Shown: positions 9,695 through 21,800 of the stretch, piece by piece
Layout of the letters: every line of letters begins with the position of its first letter
How positions within the stretch are numbered: position 1 is the first letter of the stretch
Assembly (NCBI GenBank): GCA_032718475.1
Contig: JAUCBJ010009154.1
Coordinates: 62,001 to 126,000 of the forward strand
Direction: 5' to 3'
Length of the DNA stretch: 64,000 nt
Origin: Nemertoderma westbladi
Taxonomy: Eukaryota > Animalia > Xenacoelomorpha
Translations under genes and position numbers: made by a program
The notes under the pieces: generated by a model
The model's database searches: none
The model's input: only the letters and a program-made list of their open reading frames with translations
What the model was told of the DNA's origin: nothing

Positions 9695-9801
9695 ACAAAT
9701 ATCTTTTTAGATACAAGGGGAGTCCCCAGTGTTGAACCTATCTTTCTTAACAATGTACCGAAATCCCCTTAAGTCGGCGTGTCGTTCTATTAAAACATTT
9801 G

Positions 9802-12800
9802 ATATTAACTTAAATCCTTTCTTTGCTATAAATGAGTCCGCCATATTAACTTATCCTTTCTTTGCTATAAATGAGTCCGTCATATTAACTTATCCTATTC
9901 TTATCTCTATAAATGAGTCCGCCATATTAACTTATCCTTTCTTTGCTATAAATGAGTCCGCCATATTAACTTATCCTTTCTTTGCTATAAATGAGTCCGC
10001 CATATTAACTTATCCTATTCTTATCTCTATAAATGAGTCCGCCATATTAACTTATCCTTTCTTTGCTATAAATGAGTCCGCCATATTAACTTATCCTATT
10101 CTTATCTCTATAAATGAGTCCGCCATATTAACTTATCCTTTCTTTGCTATAAATGAGTCCGCCATATTAACTTATCCTATTCTTATCTCTATAAATGAGT
10201 CCGCCATATTAACTTATCCTATTCTTATCTCTATAAATGAGTCCGCCATATTAACTTATCCTTTCTTTGCTATAAATGAGTCCGCCATATTAACTTATCC
10301 TTTCTTTGCTATAAATGAGTCCGCCATATTAACTTATCCTTTCTTTGCTATAAATGAGTCCGCCATATTAACTTATCCTTTCTTTGCTATAAATGAGTCC
10401 GCCATATTAACTTATCCTTTCTTTGCTATAAATGAGTCCGCCATATTAACTTATCCTATTCTTATCTCTATAAATGAGTCCGCCATATTAACTTATCCTA
10501 TTCTTATCTCTATAAATGAGTCCGCCATATTAACTTATCCTTTCTTTGCTATAAATGAGTCCGCCATATTAACTTATCCTTTCTTTGCTATAAATGAGTC
10601 CGCCATATTAACTTATCCTTTCTTTGCTATAAATGAGTCCGCCATATTAACTTATCCTTTCTTTGCTATAAATGAGTCCGCCATATTAACTTATCCTTTC
10701 TTTGCTATAAATGAGTCCGCCATATTAACTTATCCTTTCTTTGCTATAAATGAGTCCGCCATATTAACTTATCCTATTCTTATCTCTATAAATAAGTCCG
10801 CCATATTAACTTATCCTTTCTTTGCTATAAATGAGTCCGCCATATTAACTTATCCTTTCGATCTTTATCCTTTCGTTCTCTATAAATGAGTCCGCCATAT
10901 TAACTTATCCTTTCGTTCTCTATAAATGAGTCCGCCATATTAACTTATCCTTTCTTTGCTATAAATGAGTCCGCCATATTAACTTATCCTTTCTTTGCTA
11001 TAAATGAGTCCGCCATATTAACTTATCCTTTCTTTGCTATAAATGAGTCCGCCATATTAACTTATCCTATTCTTATCTCTATAAATGAGTCCGCCATATT
11101 AACTTATCCTTTCTTTGCTATAAATGAGTCCGCCATATTAACTTATCCTTTCTTTGCTATAAATGAGTCCGCCATATTAACTTATCCTTTCTTTGCTATA
11201 AATGAGTCCGCCATATTAACTTATCCTTTCTTTGCTATAAATGAGTCCGCCATATTAACTTATCCTTTCTTTGCTATAAATGAGTCCACCATATTAACTT
11301 ATCCTTTCGATCTTTATCCTTTCGTTCTCTATAAATGAGTCCGCCATATTAACTTATCCTTTCGTTCTCTATAAATGAGTCCGCCATATTAACTTATCCT
11401 TTCTTTGCTATAAATGAGTCCGCCATATTAACTTATCCTATTCTTATCTCTATAAATGAGTCCGCCATATTAACTTATCCTTTCTTTGCTATAAATGAGT
11501 CCGCCATATTAACTTAAATCCTTTCTTTGCTATAAATGAGTCCGCCATATTAACTTATCCTTTCTTTGCTATAAATGAGTCCGCCATATTAACTTATCCT
11601 ATTCTTATCTCTATAAATGAGTCCGCCATATTAACTTATCCTTTCTTTGCTATAAATGAGTCCGCCATATTAACTTATCCTTTCTTTGCTATAAATGAGT
11701 CCGCCATATTAACTTATCCTATTCTTATCTCTATAAATGAGTCCGCCATATTAACTTATCCTTTCTTTGCTATAAATGAGTCCGCCATATTAACTTATCC
11801 TATTCTTATCTCTATAAATGAGTCCGCCATATTAACTTATCCTATTCTTATCTCTATAAATGAGTCCGCCATATTAACTTATCCTTTCTTTGCTATAAAT
11901 GAGTCCGCCATATTAACTTATCCTTTCTTTGCTATAAATGAGTCCGCCATATTAACTTATCCTTTCTTTGCTATAAATGAGTCCGCCATATTAACTTATC
12001 CTTTCTTTGCTATAAATGAGTCCGCCATATTAACTTATCCTTTCTTTGCTATAAATGAGTCCGCCATATTAACTTATCCTATTCTTATCTCTATAAATGA
12101 GTCCGCCATATTAACTTATCCTATTCTTATCTCTATAAATGAGTCCGCCATATTAACTTATCCTTTCGTTCTCTATAAATGAGTCCGCCATATTAACTTA
12201 TCCTTTCTTTGCTATAAATGAGTCCGCCATATTAACTTATCCTATTCTTATCTCTATAAATGAGTCCGCCATATTAACTTATCCTTTCGTTCTCTATAAA
12301 TGAGTCCGCCATATTAACTTATCCTTTCTTTGCTATAAATGAGTCCGCCATATTAACTTATCCTATTCTTATCTCTATAAATGAGTCCGCCATATTAACT
12401 TATCCTTTCTTTGCTATAAATGAGTCCGCCATATTAACTTATCCTTTCTTTGCTATAAATGAGTCCGCCATATTAACTTATCCTTTCTTTGCTATAAATG
12501 AGTCCGTCATATTAACTTATCCTTTCTTTCCTATAAATGAGTCCGCCATATTAACTTATCCTTTCTTTGCTATAAATGAGTCCGCCATATTAACTTATCC
12601 TTTCGATCTTTATCCTTTCGTTCTCTATAAATGAGTCCGCCATATTAACTTATCCTTTCGTTCTCTATAAATGAGTCCGCCATATTAACTTATCCTTTCT
12701 TTGCTATAAATGAGTCCGCCATATTAACTTATCCTATTCTTATCTCTATAAATGAGTCCGCCATATTAACTTATCCTTTCTTTGCTATAAATGAGTCCGC

Positions 12801-15800
12801 CATATTAACTTATCCTATTCTTATCTCTATAAATGAGTCCGCCATATTAACTTATCCTTTCTTTGCTATAAATGAGTCCGCCATATTAACTTAAATCCTT
12901 TCTTTGCTATAAATGAGTCCGCCATATTAACTTATCCTTTCTTTGCTATAAATGAGTCCGCCATATTAACTTATCCTATTCTTATCTCTATAAATGAGTC
13001 CGCCATATTAACTTATCCTTTCTTTGCTATAAATGAGTCCGCCATATTAACTTATCCTTTCTTTGCTATAAATGAGTCCGCCATATTAACTTATCCTATT
13101 CTTATCTCTATAAATGAGTCCGCCATATTAACTTATCCTTTCTTTGCTATAAATGAGTCCGCCATATTAACTTATCCTATTCTTATCTCTATAAATGAGT
13201 CCGCCATATTAACTTATCCTATTCTTATCTCTATAAATGAGTCCGCCATATTAACTTATCCTTTCTTTGCTATAAATGAGTCCGCCATATTAACTTATCC
13301 TTTCTTTGCTATAAATGAGTCCGCCATATTAACTTATCCTTTCTTTGCTATAAATGAGTCCGCCATATTAACTTATCCTTTCTTTGCTATAAATGAGTCC
13401 GCCATATTAACTTATCCTTTCTTTGCTATAAATGAGTCCGCCATATTAACTTATCCTATTCTTATCTCTATAAATGAGTCCGCCATATTAACTTATCCTA
13501 TTCTTATCTCTATAAATGAGTCCGCCATATTAACTTATCCTTTCGTTCTCTATAAATGAGTCCGCCATATTAACTTATCCTTTCTTTGCTATAAATGAGT
13601 CCGCCATATTAACTTATCCTTTCTTTGATATAAATGAGTCCGCCATATTAACTTATCCTTTCGATCTTTATCCTTTCGTTCTCTATAAATGAGTCCGCCA
13701 TATTAACTTATCCTTTCTTTACTATAAATGAGTCCGCCATATTAACTTATCCTTTCTTTGCTATAAATGAGTCCGCCATATTAACTTATCCTTTCTTTGA
13801 TATAAATGAGTCCGTCATATTAACTTATCCTTTCGATCTTTATCCTTTCGTTCTCTATAAATGAGTCCGCCATATTAACTTATCCTTTCTTCGCTATAAA
13901 TGAGTCCGCCATATTAACTTATCCTTTCTTTGCTATAAATGAGTCCGCCATATTAACTTATCATTTCTTTGCTATAAATGAGTCCGCCATATTAACTTAT
14001 CCTTTCTTTGCTATAAATGAGTCCGCCATATTAACTTATCCTTTCTTTGCTATAAATGAGTCCGACATATTAACTTATCCTTTCTTTGCTATAAATGAGT
14101 CCGCCATATTAACTTATCCTTTCTTTGCTATAAATGAGTCCGCCATATTAACTTATCCTATTCTTATCTATAAATGAGTCCGCCATATTAACTTATCCTT
14201 TCTTTGCTATAAATGAGTCCGCCATATTAACTTATCCTTTCTTTGCTATAAATGAGTCCGCCATATTAACTTATCCTTTCTTTGCTATAAATGAGTCCGC
14301 CATATTAACTTATCCTTTCTTTGCTATAAATGAGTCCGCCATATTAACTTATCCTTTCGTTCTCTATAAATGAGTCCGCCATATTAACTTATCCTTTCTT
14401 TGCTATAAATGAGTCCGCCATATTAACTTATCCTTTCTTTGCTATAAATGAGTCCGCCATATTAACTTATCCTTTCTTTGCTATAAATGAGTCCGCCATA
14501 TTAACTTATCCTTTCTTTGCTATAAATGAGTCCGCCATATTAACTTATCCTTTCTTTGCTATAAATGAGTCCGCCATATTAACTTATCCTTTCTTTGCTA
14601 TAAATGAGTCCGCCATATTAACTTATCCTTTCTTTGCTATAAATGAGTCCGCCATATTAACTTATCCTTTCTTTGCTATAAATGAGTCCGCCATATTAAC
14701 TTATCCTTTCTTTGCTATAAATGAGTCCGCCATATTAACTTATCCTTTCGCTCTTTATCCTTTCGTTCTCTATAAATGAGTCCGCCATATTAACTTATCC
14801 TTTCTTTGCTATAAATGAGTCCGCCATATTAACTTATCATTTCTTTGCTATAAATGAGTCCGCCATATTAACTTATCCTTTCTTTGCTATAAATGAGTCC
14901 GCCATATTAACTTATCCTTTCTTTGCTATAAATGAGTCCGCCATATTAACTTATCCTTTCTTTGCTATAAATGAGTCCGCCATATTAACTTATCCTTTCT
15001 TTGCTATAAATGAGTCCGCCATATTAACTTATCCTTTCTTTGCTATAAATGAGTCCGCCATATTAACTTATCCTTTCGCTCTTTATCCTTTCGTTCTCTA
15101 TAAATGAGTCCGCCATATTAACTTATCCTTTCTTTGCTATAAATGAGTCCGCCATATTAACTTATCATTTCTTTGCTATAAATGAGTCCGCCATATTAAC
15201 TTATCCTTTCTTTGCTATAAATGAGTCCGCCATATTAACTTATCCTTTCTTTGCTATAAATGAGTCCGACATATTAACTTATCCTTTCTTTGCTATAAAT
15301 GAGTCCGCCATATTAACTTATCCTTTCTTTGCTATAAATGAGTCCGCCATATTAACTTATCCTATTCTTATCTATAAATGAGTCCGCCATATTAACTTAT
15401 CCTTTCTTTGCTATAAATGAGTCCGCCATATTAACTTATCCTTTCTTTGCTATAAATGAGTCCGCCATATTAACTTATCCTTTCTTTGCTATAAATGAGT
15501 CCGCCATATTAACTTATCCTTTCGCCCTTTATCCTTTCGTTCTCTATAAATGAGTCCGCCATATTAACTTATCCTTTCTTTGCTATAAATGAGTCCGCCA
15601 TATTAACTTATCCTTTCTTTGCTATAAATGAGTCCGCCATATTAACTTATCCTTTCTTTGCTATAAATGAGTCCGCCATATTAACTTATCCTTTCTTTGC
15701 TATAAATGAGTCCGCCATATTAACTTATCCTTTCTTTGCTATAAATGAGTCCGCCATATTAACTTATCCTTTCTTTGCTATAAATGAGTCCGCCATATTA

Positions 15801-18800
15801 ACTTATCCTTTCGCCCTTTATCCTTTCGTTCTCTATAAATGAGTCCGCCATATTAACTTATCCTTTCTTTGCTATAAATGAGTCCGCCATATTAACTTAT
15901 CCTTTCTTTGCTATAAATGAGTCCGCCATATTAACTTATCCTTTCTTTGCTATAAATGAGTCCGCCATATTAACTTATCCTTTCTTTGCTATAAATGAGT
16001 CCGCCATATTAACTTATCCTTTCTTTGCTATAAATGAGTCCGCCATATTAACTTATCCTTTCGATCTTTATCCTTTCGTTCTCTATAAATGAGTCCGCCA
16101 TATTAACTTATCCTTTCTTTGCTATAAATGAGTCCGCCATATTAACTTATCCTTTCTTTGCTATAAATGAGTCCGCCATATTAACTTATCCTTTCGCCCT
16201 TTATCCTTTCGTTCTCTATAAATGAGTCCGCCATATTAACTTATCCTTTCGTTCTCTATAAATGAGTCCGCCATATTAACTTATCCTTTCTTTGCTATAA
16301 ATGAGTCCGCCATATTAACTTATCCTTTCTTTGCTATAAATGAGTCCGCCATATTAACTTATCCTTTCGTTCTCTATAAATGAGTCCGCCATATTAACTT
16401 ATCCTTTCTTTGCTATAAATGAGTCCGCCATATTAACTTATCCTTTCTTTGCTATAAATGAGTCCGCCATATTAACTTATCCTTTCTTTGCTATAAATGA
16501 GTCCGCCATATTAACTTATCCTTTCGTTCTCTATAAATGAGTCCGCCATATTAACTTATCCTTTCTTTGCTATAAATGAGTCCGCCATATTAACTTATCC
16601 TTTCGCCCTTTATCCTTTCGTTCTCTATAAATGAGTCCGCCATATTAACTTATCCTTTCTTTACTATAAATGAGTCCGCCATATTAACTTATCCTTTCTT
16701 TGCTATAAATGAGTCCGCCATATTAACTTATCCTTTCTTTGCTATAAATGAGTCCGCCATATTAACTTATCCTTTCTTTGCTATAAATGAGTCCGCCATA
16801 TTAACTTATCCTTTCTTTGCTATAAATGAGTCCGCCATATTAACTTATCCTTTCTTTGCTATAAATGAGTCCGCCATATTAACTTATCCTTTCTTTGCTA
16901 TAAATGAGTCCGCCATATTAACTTATCCTTTCGTTCTCTATAAATGAGTCCGCCATATTAACTTATCCTTTCTTTGCTATAAATGAGTCCGCCATATTAA
17001 CTTATCCTTTCTTTGCTATAAATGAGTCCGCCATATTAACTTATCCTTTCTTTGCTATAAATGAGTCCGCCATATTAACTTATCCTTTCTTTGCTATAAA
17101 TGAGTCCGCCATATTAACTTATCCTTTCTTTGCTATAAATGAGTCCGCCATATTAACTTATCCTTTCTTTGCTATAAATGAGTCCGCCATATTAACTTAT
17201 CCTTTCTTTGCTATAAATGAGTCCGCCATATTAACTTATCCTTTCTTTGCTATAAATGAGTCCGCCATATTAACTTATCCTTTCTTTACTATAAATGAGT
17301 CCGCCATATTAACTTATCCTTTCTTTGCTATAAATGAGTCCGCCATATTAACTTATCCTTTCGTTCTCTATAAATGAGTCCGCCATATTAACTTATCCTT
17401 TCTTTGCTATAAATGAGTCCGCCATATTAACTTATCCTTTCTTTGCTATAAATGAGTCCGCCATATTAACTTATCCTTTCTTTGCTATAAATGAGTCCGC
17501 CATATTAACTTATCCTTTCTTTGCTATAAATGAGTCCGCCATATTAACTTATCCTTTCTTTGCTATAAATGAGTCCGCCATATTAACTTATCCTTTCTTT
17601 GCTATAAATGAGTCCGCCATATTAACTTATCCTTTCGTTCTCTATAAATGAGTCCGCCATATTAACTTATCCTTTCGTTCTCTATAAATGAGTCCGCCAT
17701 ATTAACTTATCCTTTCTTTGCTATAAATGAGTCCGCCATATTAACTTATCCTTTCTTTGCTATAAATGAGTCCGCCATATTAACTTATCCTTTCGTTCTC
17801 TATAAATGAGTCCGCCATATTAACTTATCCTTTCTTTGCTATAAATGAGTCCGCCATATTAACTTATCCTTTCTTTGCTATAAATGAGTCCGTCATATTA
17901 ACTTATCCTTTCGTTCTCTATAAATGAGTCCGCCATATTAACTTATCCTTTCTTTGCTATAAATGAGTCCGCCATATTAACTTATCCTTTCGTTCTCTAT
18001 AAATGAGTCCGCCATATTAACTTATCCTTTCTTTGCTATAAATGAGTCCGCCATATTAACTTATCCTTTCGCCCTTTATCCTTTCGTTCTCTATAAATGA
18101 GTCCGCCATATTAACTTATCCTTTCTTTGCTATAAATGAGTCCGCCATATTAACTTATCCTTTCGTTCTCTATAAATGAGTCCGCCATATTAACTTATCC
18201 TTTCGTTCTCTATAAATGAGTCCGCCATATTAACTTATCCTTTCTTTGCTATAAATGAGTCCGCCATATTAACTTATCCTTTCTTTGCTATAAATGAGTC
18301 CGCCATATTAACTTATCCTTTCGTTCTCTATAAATGAGTCCGCCATATTAACTTATCCTTTCTTTGCTATAAATGAGTCCGCCATATTAACTTATCCTTT
18401 CTTTGCTATAAATGAGTCCGCCATATTAACTTATCCTTTCGCCCTTTATCCTTTCGTTCTCTATAAATGAGTCCGCCATATTAACTTATCCTTTCTTTGC
18501 TATAAATGAGTCCGCCATATTAACTTATCCTTTCTTTGCTATAAATGAGTCCGCCATATTAACTTATCCTTTCGCCCTTTATCCTTTCGTTCTCTATAAA
18601 TGAGTCCGCCATATTAACTTATCCTTTCTTTGCTATAAATGAGTCCGCCATATTAACTTATCCTTTCTTTGCTATAAATGAGTCCGCCGTATTAACTTAT
18701 CCTTTCGATCTTTATCCTTTCGCCCTTTATCCTTTCGTTCTCTATAAATGAGTCCGCCATATTAACTTATCCTTTCGCCCTTTATCCTTTCGTTCTCTAT

Positions 18801-21800
18801 AAATGAGTCCGCCATATTAACTTATCCTTTCTTTGCTATAAATGAGTCCGCCATATTAACTTATCCTTTCTTTGCTATAAATGAGTCCGCCGTATTAACT
18901 TATCCTTTCGATCTTTATCCTTTCGTTCTCTATAAATGAGTCCGCCATATTAACTTATCCTTTCGCCCTTTATCCTTTCGTTCTCTATAAATGAGTCCGC
19001 CATATTAACTTATCCTTTCTTTGCTATAAATGAGTCCGCCGTATTAACTTATCCTTTCGATCTTTATCCTTTCGTTCTCTATAAATGAGTCCGCCATATT
19101 AACTTATCCTTTCGATCTTCCTCCTTTCGTTCTCTATAAATGAGTCCGCCATATTAACTTATCCTTTCGTTCTCTATAAATGAGTCCGTCATATTAACTT
19201 ATCCTTTCTTTGCTATAAATGAGTCCGCCATATTAACTTATCCTTTCGATCTTCCTCCTTTCGTTCTCTATAAATGAGTCCGCCATATTAACTTATCCTT
19301 TCTTTGCTATAAATGAGTCCGCCATATTAACTTATCCTTTCGATCTTCCTCCTTTCCTTCTCTATAAATGAGTCCGCCATATTAACTTATCCTTTCGATC
19401 TTCCTCCTTTCGTTCTCTATAAATGAGTCCGCCATATTAACTTATCCTTTCGTTCTCTATAAATGAGTCCGCCATATTAACTTATCCTTTCGCCCTTTAT
19501 CCTTTCGTTCTCTATAAATGAGTCCGCCATATTAACTTATCCTTTCTTTGCTATAAATGAGTCCGCCATATTAACTTATCCTTTCTTTGCTATAAATGAG
19601 TCCGCCATATTAACTTATCCTTTCGCCCTTTATCCTTTCGTTCTCTATAAATGAGTCCGCCATATTAACTTATCCTTTCTTTGCTATAAATGAGTCCGCC
19701 ATATTAACTTATCCTTTCTTTGCTATAAATGAGTCCGCCATATTAACTTATCCTTTCGCCCTTTATCCTTTCGTTCTCTATAAATGAGTCCGCCATATTA
19801 ACTTATCCTTTCTTTGCTATAAATGAGTCCGCCATATTAACTTATCCTTTCTTTGCTATAAATGAGTCCGCCGTATTAACTTATCCTTTCGATCTTTATC
19901 CTTTCGCCCTTTATCCTTTCGTTCTCTATAAATGAGTCCGCCATATTAACTTATCCTTTCGCCCTTTATCCTTTCGTTCTCTATAAATGAGTCCGCCATA
20001 TTAACTTATCCTTTCTTTGCTATAAATGAGTCCGCCGTATTAACTTATCCTTTCGCCCTTTATCCTTTCGTTCTCTATAAATGAGTCCGCCATATTAACT
20101 TATCCTTTCGCCCTTTATCCTTTCGTTCTCTATAAATGAGTCCGCCATATTAACTTATCCTTTCTTTGCTATAAATGAGTCCGCCGTATTAACTTATCCT
20201 TTCGCCCTTTATCCTTTCGTTCTCTATAAATGAGTCCGCCGTATTAACTTATCCTTTCGCCCTTTATCCTTTCGTTCTCTATAAATGAGTCCGGCATATT
20301 AACTTATCCTTTCTTTGCTATAAATGAGTCCGCCATATTAACTTATCCTTTCTTTGCTATAAATGAGTCCGCCATATTAACTTATCCTTTCTTTGCTATA
20401 AATGAGTCCGCCATATTAACTTATCCTTTCGTTCTCTATAAATGAGTCCGCCATATTAACTTATCCTTTCGTTCTCTATAAATGAGTCCGCCATATTAAC
20501 TTATCCTTTCGTTCTCTATAAATGAGTCCGCCATATTAACTTATCCTTTCGTTCTCTATAAATGAGTCCGCCATATTAACTTATCCTTTCGCCCTTTATC
20601 CTTTCGTTCTCTATAAATGAGTCCGCCATATTAACTTATCCTTTCTTTGCTATAAATGAGTCCGCCATATTAACTTATCCTTTCTTTGCTATAAATGAGT
20701 CCGCCATATTAACTTATCCTTTCTTTGCTATAAATGAGTCCGCCATATTAACTTATCCTTTCTTTGCTATAAATGAGTCCGCCATATTAACTTATCCTTT
20801 CTTTGCTATAAATGAGTCCGCCATATTAACTTATCCTTTCGTTCTCTATAAATGAGTCCGCCATATTAACTTATCCTTTCTTTGCTATAAATGAGTCCGC
20901 CATATTAACTTATCCTTTCTTTGCTATAAATGAGTCCGCCATATTAACTTATCCTTTCTTTGCTATAAATGAGTCCGCCATATTAACTTATCATTTCTTT
21001 GCTATAAATGAGTCCGCCATATTAACTTATCCTTTCTTTGCTATAAATGAGTCCGCCATATTAACTTATCCTTTCTTTGCTATAAATGAGTCCGCCATAT
21101 TAACTTATCCTTTCCTTCTCTATAAATGAGTCCGCCATATTAACTTATACTTTCTTTGCTATAAATGAGTCCGCCATATTAACTTATCCTTTCTTTGCTA
21201 TAAATGAGTCCGCCATATTAACTTATCCTTTCCTTCTCTATAAATGAGTCCGCCATATTAACTTATCCTTTCGATCTTCCTCCTTTCGTTCTCTATAAAT
21301 GAGTCCGCCATATTAACTTATCCTTTCGATCTTCCTCCTTTCGTTCTCTATAAATGAGTCCGCCATATTAACTTATCCTTTCGATCTTCCTCCTTTCGTT
21401 CTCTATAAATGAGTCCGCCATATTAACTTATCCTTTCGATCTTCCTCCTTTCGTTCTCTATAAATGAGTCCGCCATATTAACTTATCCTTTCGATCTTCC
21501 TCCTTTCGTTCTCTATAAATGAGTCCGCCATATTAACTTATCCTTTCGATCTTCCTCCTTTCGTTCTCTATAAATGAGTCCGCCATATTAACTTATCCTT
21601 TCGATCTTCCTCCTTTCGTTCTCTATAAATGAGTCCGCCATATTAACTTATCCTTTCGATCTTCCTCCTTTCGTTCTCTATAAATGAGTCCGCCATATTA
21701 ACTTATCCTTTCGATCTTCCTCCTTTCCTTCTCTATAAATGAGTCCGCCATATTAACTTATCCTTTCGATCTTCCTCCTTTCGTTCTCTATAAATGAGTC

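Larger units (their letters stand above)
7508..9801 (+). mobile_element. Penelope-like retroelement (EN+ PLE, Neptune-like), 5'-truncated, with 5' inversion and 12-bp target-site duplication
   Basis: RT plus C-terminal GIY-YIG ORF; hammerhead motif near the 3' end; 48-bp inverted copy of the 3' terminal region at the 5' end; ATATTAACTTAA direct repeat at 7496-7507 and 9802-9813; satellite register resumes after the element. Confidence 0.93.

Noticed and set aside
7504-9750. DNA transposon with 48-bp terminal inverted repeats
   Set aside because: The encoded protein is RT plus GIY-YIG, not a transposase, and the right repeat lies ~50 bp inside the element end, as expected for a PLE 5' inversion.
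9729-10889. 386-aa repetitive ORF (PFFAINESAILTY)n
   Set aside because: Open only because 39- and 42-bp monomers are multiples of 3 without a stop in that frame; it ends at the first 55-mer. No coding evidence.
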